NCBI GenBank assembly: GCA_051294375.1
Contig: CM119263.1
Span: 25,820,436 to 25,884,435 of the forward strand
DNA from: Paraspadella gotoi
Lineage: Eukaryota; Animalia; Chaetognatha
Direction: 5' to 3'
DNA: 64,000 nucleotides
Positions 1-14,297 of this stretch are shown here, in pieces. The notes below the pieces were generated by a model, which did no database searches, was not told the origin of the DNA, and was given only the letters and a program-made list of their open reading frames with translations. The first letter of the stretch is position 1. Each line of letters opens with the position of its first letter. Made by a program: the position numbers and the translations under genes.

Positions 1-81
1 CAACGACGACTACTAAGGAAAAACCGAAAGGAAGTTGAACGAAAAAAAATTGAAAAGCGTAGGTGGGTGGAAACTGGAGAT

Positions 82-129
<48 letters not shown>

Positions 130-865
130 AAGAGAGAAAGATATTGCATCAGCCTGAATCTCGTTTTTTTTTAATTCCAAAATGGAGCCTTGATGATTCG
201 GCGTATTGCACCGTCGAAGTGAAAGAAATTAAATTTAAGAAGGCGTCGTGTAGGACTGTCGAAATTTCTGGAAAGATCTCTGTCCCTCTCTCTTTCTTTC
301 TCGGTTTTTCTCTCTCTCTCTCTTTGCCTCTCTTTTTCTATACCTCGCTCAGTCTCCATTTCTTTTCGAACATTCTAGAAGGTTCTGTCTTTTTCTCTCT
401 TCCACTGACGCTCTCTCTCCCTCTCTCCCTCTCTCTCCCTTTAATTTTTTTTCCTCTCTGTCTCTCTCTCTACAACGATCTCAAGTTGCATCCACGGTCG
501 CTCTCTTGTTGCGTCATGGCGAAAGTGTGCCGACAATCGACGTTTGATGAGAAAGGGATCGAAGTCAACGAGAGAGACAGATATAGGGTTAATCGGCTCC
601 GTAAAAAGTCGACAGATTCGGAGGCTTGAAACAAAGCCACCCATCAAACCATCTGTTCTAGAAGATTCTACAAGGTTCTTTATTCCTTCTCCGAGGCATC
701 CCCTCCTCCTCCTTTGGTTTACCCGAGCCCTAGTTTTCAAGGGAAGGAACGATTTTTAGTTTTGCGTCACATTTTCGTTTAAGTTTTCTCGTTACGCCTC
801 TCGACCATAATTTCTGAATTATGCGCCGAGCAGAGCCAGCTGGCTCATTAGAATTCGGCTCTCTC

Positions 866-998
866 ATTGGCAGTCGTCGGCTTTCTTGGTAGTGCAGAAT
901 CGGGCTTCTCATTGGCCGCACATTTTCTTGGTTAGAACCCGAGGCAAACGTCCATTGGCCAACGATTTCTCTATCATAATTCACGGCCTCCCTATTGG
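866..998. promoter_or_regulatory. Cluster of four CCAAT boxes (NF-Y sites), probable promoter
   Basis: ATTGG at 866, 911, 954 and 994, all in the same orientation and 40-45 bp apart. Reverse complements read TGCCAATGAG, GGCCAATGAG, GGCCAATGGA and AGCCAATAGG, close to the NF-Y consensus RRCCAATSR. There is a further AACCAATCAG at 1801-1810. Confidence 0.6.
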
Positions 999-2908
999 CT
1001 GATCGAATTTCAAACATATTTTATGAAGTGAGAAGGGAGGAGGAGATTGTTCATGGTAATCCTTGCGGAGAAGGAAGAGGAGAAAAGCCGGCGAAGAAAG
1101 GAATTGCAGCTGATAAGAGATGAGAAAGAAAGAGCCGAGGCATACAATGAGAAAAGAAAGAAGAATTAAAAAAAATACATCCTCTCTCTCGAGAAGAGAG
1201 GATTCGCCGACTCTTGTCTTCCATTCCCTTTGTTTCGCGTTGCGCGAGAGTTGCACAGAATTATTTTTTCTCTCCCCCTCTCTCTCTTTTTTAAAAATCC
1301 CTCTCTCTCTCTTTCTCCCTCTCTGTCTTCGCGAAATTTCGGGGAAAATTAGAAGCGAATCAACCGGTTTTCTCTTTTTCGCATTGAGTCAGTCTGACGA
1401 AATCGGAAAACCACCCAGACTTCGATATCAATTTTTTTTTTTTGCTTAGTCATCATTAGACTTGTCCCGACGAGTACCTCGTCCGATCCGAAGAGGGGGG
1501 CGGGGAAGAAAAAGACCGCAAAAATTCTCTCTCTCTACCTCGTCCTACCCGGCCTCTCATTCTCTGACATACGCCGGCTCCCGGACGGACACGTAGAGCC
1601 TCTTCCATGAAGAGGTGACGAAATTCCACCCAGCGCTTTCTTCATTCTAGTCGCGATTCCAACGCCAAAGCTTTTTCACGCCAGAGAATCTACTTTCATC
1701 GATCCTCACGATTTTCACAATCACGAAATCTAATAAAAAACTATAAATCTTCACCGCCAGTCATTAAAGAAGAAACGGAACGAACCAGTCTCATCTCACC
1801 AACCAATCAGGCATTAATTATTTAGTAGGACTAACGTTCGCAAAAGTGATAATACATTTTTTCCTAATCGCATTGACCATCGCATCGAAGAACAATATCC
1901 TCTCTTCGAAAAACTTTCAAACAATCCGTGACATTTTCGTCAGTTCATCCTATTTCTTTCACCATAGTTCACCGTAGCTCAAATTAGTTCAATCGACCTA
2001 ATGAAGATTGGATCCGGTCAAACTGAATCGCCGGTGAGTTTGAAGAGATGATGATGATGATGATGATGATGATGCTAATAACGATCACGTAGCGAAAGAT
2101 GTTGCTGGGTAGAGATGTTGGAAAGACCCCCAGCGGTCTGTATCGGCATAGTCTGGCATACTTTTTCGAGAGCTTGCATCATCGCCTATGGCTTTTATTT
2201 CTTTTCAAAAATATATTTTTTGAACGAACAATGCTGCTTTTGTTCATTCGAAAAAATATTTTTTTTATTGAAAATTTTTAAGTACGAATTTTTAAACTGG
2301 CATCTTTTTTGGTTATAAATCTACCACGTACAACTATTATGTATTAAAACTGAATGCCATGCTTTTCAAGGCTGAATTTTCTGAATGTCTAATTTTATGA
2401 AAGGCAGTGGTCATTTCTCCCTTCCCTCCTTTGTTTGATTCGAATGAAAAAGTCAGTTGCACCGTTGTTACCCTTCACAATGCATTTTCTTTACATTTTC
2501 TGCGTTCTATGATCATTAACGTTTACAAAGAATAACAGAAACGGCCTTATGCTTGTGAAAATTATGGTCCAAAGACATAGAGTTAATCAGGAAGCTAAAA
2601 GTAAACGGCTTTTGTATTTTGTTGTATAAAACTAAATATCAACTGTTATACAGTTGTTTAATACCTAAGAGTTGAGTTAAGACTTAAAAATAACCCTTTT
2701 CGAGTCACGACGGCGGCCGGGGCTGCCGTGACTAAAAATTAAACATACGGCCAAGTCTCGTTGCCAAACCAAAGGGTTCCCGTTGCATTCATTCTCTCTC
2801 TGTTCTATCAAAGGTCATGTTTGATTTATTCTTCGTCCGTGTTTGCGCAACAGCTGAATTTATTTTTCGGATGTGTATTACTTTTGCTTCTCTGTCCAAA
2901 AAAAAAAG

Positions 2909-4043
<1,135 letters not shown>

Positions 4044-4400
4044 CCCTTCATGAGTTCACGGTATCCGGTCAAGCAAGAAGGAAGTAAGCTGAGCGAGCAA
4101 AATGTAAAGTCGAACGTAGTTTTGACATTCGAACGAACTTAACAACGGCTACAAATTGCAGATTTACCAGGAATGCCGTTGAAGGAAATCTCGAATGGGT
4201 CCAAAGCTGATTTCTGTCAGTCAGTCTGTCATAAAACTGTCCCATTTTAAAATTTATCCCTACAGTTAATCAAATCAGTTCGGCGTAAAAACCTCAAAAC
4301 CGCATTTTATGATTTCGAATAAGTTAATTCGTTCCGACAGTAAAAATATTGCGAGAATTTTAAACAGAATTTGCAACTGGGGAGAGAGAGAGAGGAGAGA

Positions 4401-4459
<59 letters not shown>

Positions 4460-5923
4460 GAATCGATGCAGTTAAGACATAAAAACGTCCGAAAAAATCC
4501 AAGCGGATTTTCCATTCTCTCCTCTTCGGGAGTCGATTTTTTGGCACAATATTTTTAAATCCCCCAATTTCTGTTTCTATTCTCTGAACATAATTTTAAC
4601 CTTAAAATTTAACCTTAATTATTAATCTTAACCTAATCAATAACTTTAATCCCCGATCCATAACCCTAATCCATAACCTTAAACTCTAATCTTTTAAATT
4701 TAAAAACATACTTAATTCTGAATTTTAGCTAAAACGCGGCACTTTGGGATAAAATGGCCGTTTTTTTCTAAGAAGGAAAGAGAATCTAAAGCAAATTTTG
4801 AGGCGACGAATCGAATTTCTCTTCGCGAGGCGACGAATTCTTGCGTCCATCGTCGTTAGGGCAAGGGATCGGTTTTGGGTCGAATTTATGGGTGGAGATG
4901 GGGGAGAGAGTTAGGTGGAAAAGTAGGCGAGTAGGGAGGTTGGGGCGAAGAGCCGACTTTGGATGGCAAACAGTCGCTCGGAGGCCAGGAAGTGCTAAGC
5001 CGGTCAAGTCTCGGGTTGCTGCTTTCTCAGCGCCAGATAAAAACTGTTTTTCTCGACAGAGGGGGGGAAAGGCGATTGAACGGAAAGAAAAGAAGGGGAA
5101 AGGGAAGAGAGGGAGGAAAGGGAAGAGGGGGAAAGGGAATAGGGGGAGGAAAGGGAAGAGAGGGAGGAAAGGGAAGAGGGGGAAAAGGGAAGAGGGGGAG
5201 GAAAGGGAAGAGGAGGAGGAAAGGGGGATGGTGGGTAAAGTGGGGATAAAGAATGGTGGGGATAAGGGGAGGAGTTGTCATGCCTAATGAGGGGGAAAAA
5301 GGCTTTTGGGGAATGTGTCTCAGATAAAGGTAGTAAAAGAAAGTAAGAGACCATTTTTTATTCATATCAATATATGCATATATACATTAAAAACAATACA
5401 GAAGAAATATATAGAAGCGAAAAGTTTTCAGTTATGGAAAAAATTGTTAAGGTTCTACAAAAGAGCTTCATTATTTTTACGAAACAAATTTTGTATTGAA
5501 ATTTGATTGCATTTTTTAGACGTCAATTAAGGTAAAAATAAAAAGTAAAAGATGGCGATGAAAAAGGGGAAAGAAAAGACGAAGTAAAAAAAAATGAATT
5601 TTTTTTTTTTATAAAAGTAAGACGCGTTAATGACACGGCGCGATAATCAAGAGGGAACTTATCTAATATGACGCGCCGCCGGTTGTAAATGGCGTTCGAG
5701 ATAAGGAGAAAAAGCGGATAAGAAAAATATTTTCCCATAACTCATTAAGAAAAAAAAAGAAAAAAAAAGCTTATCTAACCTTGAGCCCGGGAAAAGAAAT
5801 TGAAATTCTGCATAGTCATCCTCAGGTTGTGGATTCTCCATTTGCTCCTCAAAACAAGTTTATGGCTTTCTGCATATATATACATTTTTTGCCGCTTGCT
5901 TTATTGGTATCTTTTTCTCTTTA

Positions 5924-5924
<1 letters not shown>

Positions 5925-6014
<90 letters not shown>

Positions 6015-6037
6015 TATTTTTTTTTTCTGATTCTCCC

Positions 6038-6073
<36 letters not shown>

Positions 6074-6075
6074 TT
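5925..6075. repeat. (TTTC)n microsatellite (similar tracts at about 13300-13393 and 58598-58775)
   Basis: Directly visible tetranucleotide runs. Confidence 0.9.
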
Positions 6076-6784
6076 TTGTACTCTTCGCTTTCCTCTCTCT
6101 TTTTCTCTTTCTCCACTATAATTGGTTTTAATATAATCTAAATAATAAGCGAGTATGCGGGTTCCGGCGTCTCTCATTTCGCTTCGACTTTTGTTTATTT
6201 TCAACTTCGAAGAGTAAAACAAAAAAAAAAGGGAAAAAAAGGAGAGAAAAAGAAACAGATCTAAATTATCTACGAAAACAAATGAAGGGAAAAAGGGTAT
6301 CGACTTTCGCGTTTTGAGTTCGTCTAGTGGGATTTTGAGCTTAAAAAATATCGACGTAATTAAAATATGTTTGTATATTGTAAACAAAATATTTCTGTAT
6401 AGTACTTTGGATAATATCCTCTAATTTCGTAACAACATTTACCACGAAAACCTTACAATGCCATATCCAATATTAAATTCTCGTTCTCGCGTTGGATGAG
6501 CTTCTTTCTTTGTGCAAAGAATATTTATTTTTTTTATCTCTTTCGGTTTTTTTTCTTTCATCGTCTTTGACGCCACGACGCCGATGCTGCGTCCCCGCGT
6601 CGGCGTTTGCTTCGGCGCTGCATCGGCGCTGCACCGGCAAAAATCGCGTGACCGTCTTGTCATTTGTATTCCCACCTTTGAATTTCAGAAAAATCTGAAT
6701 TTTTTTTTCCTCTTTTCTTTTTTTCCCCTCTTTCGAAGGCCCCGGACTCGCGCTTCGGAGAGATAAAAAGCGAAGAATACAGAC

Positions 6785-6875
<91 letters not shown>

Positions 6876-6971
6876 TTAACAAAAAGAATATTCTGTCGGC
6901 GAGATCAAAGGTTTTTATTTATAGAAATGATTTCTTTGCACAAAAAAGGAGAGAGAAAAAATGGAGAAAGA

Positions 6972-7039
<68 letters not shown>

Positions 7040-8569
7040 GTAATAAGCGGATTTTGCGATCGAGGAAGCAGAGATCGAGACGCGAGACGAGTCTTGGCTT
7101 CGACTCAAAGCTCAAACCCCCCGTCGACATTTCCACGGATTTTCGGGGGTCGACGCTCGGGATTTTTTTTTTATCTTGCAGCGGAACGACCTCCGGTTTT
7201 GAGAAAGATAGAGAGAGGGAGAGGGGGAATTCTGATTATTATGGTCTCAATGGCCATCTGTCCACTCGTCCTCTTTTGGCAAAATTGAGTCCAGGTTCCG
7301 CTTCTAGGCGTTCCAAGGCATTCAAAGGGACTTTCACTGAAAGTTTCAGGCGCTTCCAAGAAGCGTCTTGACTCTCCCAGTCGTTGTCAGGGAAGTTCAC
7401 GATGCGCGACCGGCCGAAACCTTTTCTTGCTCAGTGACATTTCCCAGTTTCAATGTTTCTTCAACTCTTGGCACAACGACAACAACGACAACAACTACCC
7501 CCTGCTGTCGGAGACCCTCAGGCCCCCTGTCGACATTTCCAGGCATCGAACGTCTCAAAGCCTTGGATATTCCCCGGGCGCGGGGGGGGGGCGAGAGGGA
7601 GGGGGGGAGAGGATTTTCCGTCCTTTCTTTTCTTGATCCCACAAACAAGAAAAAAGTCGACATTTGCAAGCTCATTCTCGTCTTAGAGCTTGAGAGAGAG
7701 GTGTAGTTGGGGGGGGCATTATGAGATGGTGGGTAAGCTGGAAGTTTGGTGCGATAAATGATTAAGAGGAAATTACGTAATATTTACGATTCAAATGCTG
7801 CTACGCTATGGTGCTTGGTTCAATGCTCTTAAGTTAGTATTTACTAATTACTATAATTAATAACTGCTAATATGGAATTTCATATCTGACTTTTTTTTCT
7901 TTCGTCAGTTTCTTCATTCCCAATGACTTTCGAGCTTTTTTTTTTTTCCGACTCAATTAACGTCCGTCCTTTGGTTACGATATATATACATACAAACTTG
8001 TCTTTGTTACCTTCATTGAAAGTTTCAAACTGTGAAAAGATAAACGAGAAAAGAATCGGTGAAATCGAGGCTAATTTCCACGGCGATGACCTCAAACCAA
8101 TTGACCTTCTGCTTTTTAGTCTTTTTTTTTTGCTAATCGGTTTTTTAGCCATCGATCACTAAACGTCCTATTGTTGTGCGTCCGAGAGAGAGAAGAGAGA
8201 GAGAGAAAGGGAGAGAGCGACGAATTCGAACCAGAGAAACGGTGTTTAACTGTTTATTATTCCCGATCTTTGCCTTTCATTCGTAAATTGGCACCCGAAA
8301 GATTAATTTATTGACAGATCTCCAAAAAGAGCGTGTTTTATTTTTTATTTTTTATTTTTTAAACGCTCTCTCTCGCTGCGTAATAGATTTTTGTCCCAAG
8401 TGTTTTTGTTTTTCTGGGGCGACGGGAATCGAGATATATAACTCGTCACGAAAAAAACATTTTTTTCCTTCTAATCTTCGAGTCTCGGGAAAAATCTTTC
8501 TCGACTCTTTGGAATCTGAACCTCGATTTCGACTCCAGAAAAATCGGGGGCCGAGGTCGTTGGGAGAAG

Positions 8570-8913
8570 GTCACGTGACTACTAAGAATCGCGTGATCAC
8601 TATATACAGCACGTGACCTTAAAAAATGCGTCACGTGACGTAAGGTAGATGTCGTCACGTGGTCGACTTAAGTCGCTCAAATTTCCTCTTTGTTTGAGGG
8701 TCGAGGACCTGGACGAGATTTTCTTTTTCTCGAATAATTCCTGTTCGACTTTGGATGTGCATTACTACAAAAATGCTAAACGACTTAATCTCATGACGCT
8801 CGGCCAACAACGTACATGTTGGATGTCACTTAATTTTGTCCCTAAAATATTTTACATTAACCTTTACATACAACTGCGACATACGACGACACGAAACTCT
8901 GATGTCACGTGAC
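8570..8913. promoter_or_regulatory. Cluster of CACGTG E-boxes including three perfect GTCACGTGAC (CLEAR/USF/MiT-TFE type) sites
   Basis: GTCACGTGAC at 8570, 8630 and 8904; CACGTGAC at 8610; GTCACGTG at 8654. Confidence 0.5.
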
Positions 8914-8992
8914 CCAGATTAGATTCTCGGCTACAAATCTTCTCCTTTTTTTTGTCAGACTCGGAGTTCATTCCCCTCTCTCGTCCTCGAGG

Positions 8993-9027
<35 letters not shown>

Positions 9028-9199
9028 TAAATATATTAACAGGAGAAAAAAAATTCAAGTGTTTTAAAAAAAGAATTTTATTTTCCTAATTTCGTTCCTG
9101 GTTTCGTGGTTTTGGCTTTTTTTTTCCTTCGATCTTTGGATTTCGCTGTTTTTAGCGGCATACTGGAAGCCCGAGAGAGAGAGAGAGAGAGAGATGAGA

Positions 9200-9244
<45 letters not shown>

Positions 9245-9251
<7 letters not shown>

Positions 9252-9569
9252 AGAGAGGCCGGCGAAATGCAGTTTTCCCTTGAGAGAGGCAAGGAGGGAA
9301 GGCTCACTGCTTATGGTGCTTTTCGGCGCCGGGAGGACGACGAACCCGGCTCGCGTACATGCCGCGTTTCGGCGTCGCGGCCGCCGTCCGGCCGCGATCC
9401 AGCAACGAGAGGCGTCGTTTCCGGCTGCGGAACGAACTCGTCATTCATATTTCGATTTTCTTCTCCGGTCCGATTCCATTCGTGGGCACCCTCTCGTCTT
9501 CCACGTCCTCGTTACTTTATACGACTCTCTCTCTTCTCTCTCTCTCTCTCTCTCCCTCTCTCTCTCTCA

Positions 9570-9607
<38 letters not shown>

Positions 9608-10220
9608 ATCTGTGTCTCTCTGAAAAAAATAAAAAACAGGAGTAGACCAGCAGACCGAAGGTTTTTTCACTTCTTTTTTTGTTTTAATTTTTGGCTCCGA
9701 TTTTTTTAAATCTGTTTCACTTTTTCCCCCCTCAAAGTTCCAAAGCCCCCCAGCTCGCTCCTCCTCCTCTTTTTTCCCTCTTTTAGTTAAAAAAAAACAT
9801 AAAAAAAGAATAAAAATAAAAATTATGAATAACAACTGAACGAAAAGGAAACATCTAGAAAATGTTTTGAAGACGAGAATCGATAAATGATGCTCTCTTT
9901 CGCTCGTGTCGTCTGAGGGGCAAAGGGGAAAAAGGAAAAGAGAAAAAAAAAAAATAAAAAAAATAAAAATTTTAATAAAATTAAATTTTGAAAAAAATAT
10001 TTTTCTAGACGATTATCGATATCTGCTCTGGACTGATAAAAAAAAAAAAAAAAAAAAAAAAACTTAATCCGAAATGTAATTTTCCTAAAATTGCTTTTCA
10101 GTGCTAGATATCCGATCAACGTGATGCTCTTATTCCCCCTATCCTTTCTTCCCCCGCTTTAGTCGTCCTCCTGTAATTTCCTCATTTCTGACTCCCCGAT
10201 GATTATTCTCAACGCGAATT

Positions 10221-10258
<38 letters not shown>

Positions 10259-11137
10259 TCTCTCTCTCTCTCTCCTTCTCTCTCTCTCTTCTCTCCTCAC
10301 TCTCTCTCTCTTCTGTGCTATCTTCTTAACATCCGTTTTCCTCCTCCAAAGGTTATCCGCTAGAATATATTCGCCTTCAGTATAATCCGGTCAATTCACC
10401 CCTCGTTTCCCGCATTGTCTCCTTGTTTCCACTTGACTTTTCCACTTTTTCCACTTTCCACTGCTTCTTCCACCATTTCTCATGTACGGTCCTCAATTTT
10501 CTTTATTCTCCTTATTCACCATCAAACCATTACCATCACCACCTAACCCACCTTTCCTCCCCTCGCACTCAAACCCATTACCATCACCACCTACCCACTT
10601 CCTCCCCTCCACCCTCAAACCATTAACCATCCCATAACGCACCTTCCTCCTCCACCCCTTTCCTAACCGATATTTTTCAAAGGGTTCTCTCTTCTTTTTC
10701 CCTGCTTAATTGATTAATTCCCTGTCTTTCCTTTTCACCCCACCCCAGTTCCTTTTACGTGTGCCCCTGTTCGGTTCCGGTCTAATCTCTCTATGNNNNN
10801 NNNNNNNNNNNNNNNNNNNNAGAGAGAGAGAGGCCGTGCGAAATGCAGTTTTCCCTTGAGAGAGGCAAGGAGGGAAGGCTCACGCTTTGTGCTTTTCGGC
10901 GCCGGGAGGACGACGACCCGGCCTCGGCGTCCAGCCGCGTTCGTCGGCGTCCGGCCGCGTCCGGCCGCGTCCAGCAACGAGAGGCGTCGTTTCCGGCTGC
11001 GGAACGAGACTCGGTCATTCATCCGATTTCTTCTCCGGTCCGATTCCATTCGTGGGACCCTCTCGTCTCCACGTCCATCGTTACTTTATCGACTCTCTCT
11101 CTCTCTCTCCGTCTCTCAATCATCTCTCTCATCTCTC

Positions 11138-11168
<31 letters not shown>

Positions 11169-12285
11169 AGTATCTGTGTCTCTCTGAAAAAAATAAAAAC
11201 AGGAGTAGACCAGCAGACCGAAGGTTTTTTCACTTTCTTTTTTTGTTTTAATTTTTTGGCTCCGACTTTTTTTAAAATCTGTTTCACTTTTTCCCCCCTC
11301 AAAGTTCCAAAGCCCCCCCAGCTCGCCCTCCTCCCTCTTTTTGTCCCTCTTTTAGTTAAAAAAAAACATTAAAAAAAGAATAAAAAAAAAATTATGAATA
11401 ACAACTGAACGAAAAGGAAACATCTAGAAAATGTTTTGAAGACGTAGAATCGATAAAGATCTCTCTTTCGCTCTTCGTCTGGGGGCAAAGGGGAAAAGGA
11501 AAAGAAGAAAAAAAAAAATAAAAAATATTTAATAAATTAAATTTGAAAAAAATACTTTTTCTAGACGATTATCGAGTATCTCTCTGGACTAGTAAAAAAA
11601 AAAAAAAAAAAAAAAAAAACTTAATCCGAAATGTAATTTCTAAATTGCTTTGTCGTGCTAGCATATCCGATCACGTGATGCCTTATTCCCCCTATCCTTT
11701 CTTCCCCCCTTTAGTCGTCTCCTGGAATTTCCTCATTTCTGACGTCCCCGAGATTATTCTCAAACGCGAATTTCATCTCTCTCTCTCTCTCTCTCTCTCT
11801 CCTCCTGTCTCTCTCTCTCTCTCTCCTTTCTCTCTCTCTCTTCTCTCTCTCCTCTCTCTCTCTTCTGTGCTATCTTCTTAACATCCGTTTTCCTCCTCCA
11901 AAAGGTTATCCGCTAAATATATTCGCCTTCAGTCATAATCCGGTCATTCACCCCTCGTTCCCTTGTTCCCTTGTTCCACTTGACTTTTCCACTTTTTCCA
12001 CTTTCCACTCTTCTTCCACCATTCTCATGTACGGTCTCAATTTTTCTTTATTCTCCTTTTCACCATCAAACCCATTACCATCACCACCTACCCACCTTCC
12101 TCCCTCCACCCTCAAACCCATTACCATCACCACCTACCCACCTTCCTCCCTCCACCCTCAAACCCATTACCATCACCACCTAACCACCTTCCTCCCTCCA
12201 CCCTTTCTATCGATAATCAAGTCTTCCTTCTAATGGATTAATCCGCTCTTCACCACACTTCCCTCGGGTCGGTCGGTCGGTCTAA
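9245..12285. repeat. Tandem duplication of about 1.5 kb around a 25-N gap (9245-10795 vs 10821-12285), probable assembly artefact
   Basis: The copies are colinear (e.g. GAAATGCAGTTTTCCCTTGAGAGAGGCAAGGAGGGAAGGCTC in both) and differ mainly by 1-bp indels. They are separated by exactly 25 N (10796-10820). Confidence 0.9.
12066..12205. repeat. About 46-bp tandem repeat, 3 copies (AAACCCATTACCATCACCACCTACCCACCTTCCTCCCTCCACCCTC); degraded copy at about 10520-10660
   Basis: Direct reading of the repeated unit. Confidence 0.85.
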
Positions 12286-13301
12286 TGGTGCCATACCTGA
12301 CCCCTGACGACCCCATCTCTACTCAGCCGATCGGAGGCGACCCGAAATGACCCTCTTTGGCCCAGCGACTCCTCACCCGGTCTCTTCGAGTCCTTACCCG
12401 ATCTTGGGATGGAATTCCGATGCAGCAATTCCGGACTCGATCGTTGAGAGGCCGATAGGAGTTGCGTCGAAGATTTAACGGGATCTCTGAGTCTGATCAA
12501 GCCAAACTATCTTTCTCGTATTGTTGACTATCTGTTCGTAATTCTGTCCGGGGACAGAAGAAGTTAACCTTCCAAGATTAACTGCATCGACAGAAAGTTA
12601 CTTTTTAGTTTACGTAATATTGTAAGTTTATTTAATTCAATTTTTTTTTGTATTTTGACAAGAAATTTTGGCTTTTTTTGCTTTACTTTTTTTGACCGGT
12701 TCTCACACTTATCTCTCTCTCTCACACTTTTCAAACTTCTCTCTCTCTCTCACTTCGCTTCTCCCCTATTTGACCGCATTTAATCTCTACTCCTCTCTCT
12801 CACTCTCAGCCTGCTCCTTTACTCAATATCTTCTATGTCTGTCTCCTTCTTCCCTTCTTCTCCTTCCACCCTGCCCCTTGCCCACTCCCGCTCCCTCACT
12901 CAACTTCATCTCTCTGACCGCTCCTTCAATCAAACTCGATCCCAGCTCCTGACCCCAATTTTCGCTCCACTTTTTAATTTTTCAACTATTTCGATCTTTG
13001 GATGGGAATAAAAAATGGACCGGCGCGATTTTCATTAAACACACGTTAGGATGGCCTAGATATTTTTCGCTCTGTCGGGATGACGAATGATTTTTATCTT
13101 TGATTAAAAAATTCGCTACCAAAAATAAGAGAGAGATAGAAAAAATATGTGTGTTTCTGGACTTGGCGTGTTCAGGAAGTGCAGCGAGAGAGAAAATCTA
13201 TAAATAGACGAAAATGTGAGATATTTTCAGGCGAAAGGTTGTGTTACTTTTACTTCTTCGGCTTTTTTCCTCTTTCGTTTTTAGTTCTTTATTTATTTCT
13301 G

Positions 13302-13393
<92 letters not shown>

Positions 13394-14176
13394 TGTCTCA
13401 TTCTCTCTTTCTAAGTTCTATTTATAATTTTCTACTTCATAATTTATTCCAACTCCGCTTCTTTCTTCCACTCGCTCTTTTTCTTCCATCTCTCTCACTC
13501 TCTCACTCTCACTCTCTCTCTCTCTCCTCTCTCCTCTCTCTCTCATCTCCTCCTCTCTCTGCTCTCTCTCTCTCTCCTCTCTGTCGTCATCTCTCTCTCT
13601 CTCTGCCCACTTCTATTTCTTCATTTGCGGTCGTTGAACCTCGGGTATTTGCTTTCCGTTGGCTTCAGGGAACTTTTTTCATTCTCTCCTTCTTTCGCAA
13701 AGTGAAGATCTCGGGGAAGCATAGAGAGAGTGTCAGAGTGAGAGAGAGTGAAAGGGAAGGAAAGAGAGCGAGCAAGAGAGCGAGCGAAAGCGAGTAAAAG
13801 AAAATCCTTTCTGTATATATGCAAATATTTTATGCTAATGTCACCGGTTTTCTACCATCTAAAACTTTATTTTGTCTCGAATAACTGCAAACAAACAGGA
13901 TTAAAGTGAAGTCTTTCCGTGTAGACAAAAATATAAAGAGAAAAATTAGAAGGAAAGCCAGAAAGACAAAAATTTGAAAATCAAAAAGTAAAAAAAGAAA
14001 GATTTCTAAATGTGACCTCAAAATTCTTAAATTTTGTCTGTAAGATTTTTTTATTTTTCGTCCCTGCGAAACACATTAAACGGGATTTGAAATGCATTAA
14101 ATTCTCGCCCTTAAAACCGACGGCTTTCCCTCTGACATCTTTGCCTATGGTAGCCCTGGGATGAAAACCCTGAAAC

Positions 14177-14297
14177 CACATCTCTCGAATGACATCCCTC
14201 AAGTGACATCCCTCGAATGACATCCCTTAAATGACATCCCTCGAATGACATCCCTCAAGTGACATCCCTCGAATGACATCCCTTAAATGACATCCCG
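14177..14297. repeat. 14-bp minisatellite (GACATCCCTnnnnT) with higher-order A-B-A-C periodicity
   Basis: Unit endings run cgaat, caagt, cgaat, taaat, cgaat, caagt, cgaat, taaat. Confidence 0.9.

Noticed and set aside
4590-4700. Interstitial telomeric repeat (TAACCC-like)
   Set aside because: Only one exact TAACCCTAA; the rest is too degenerate to call.
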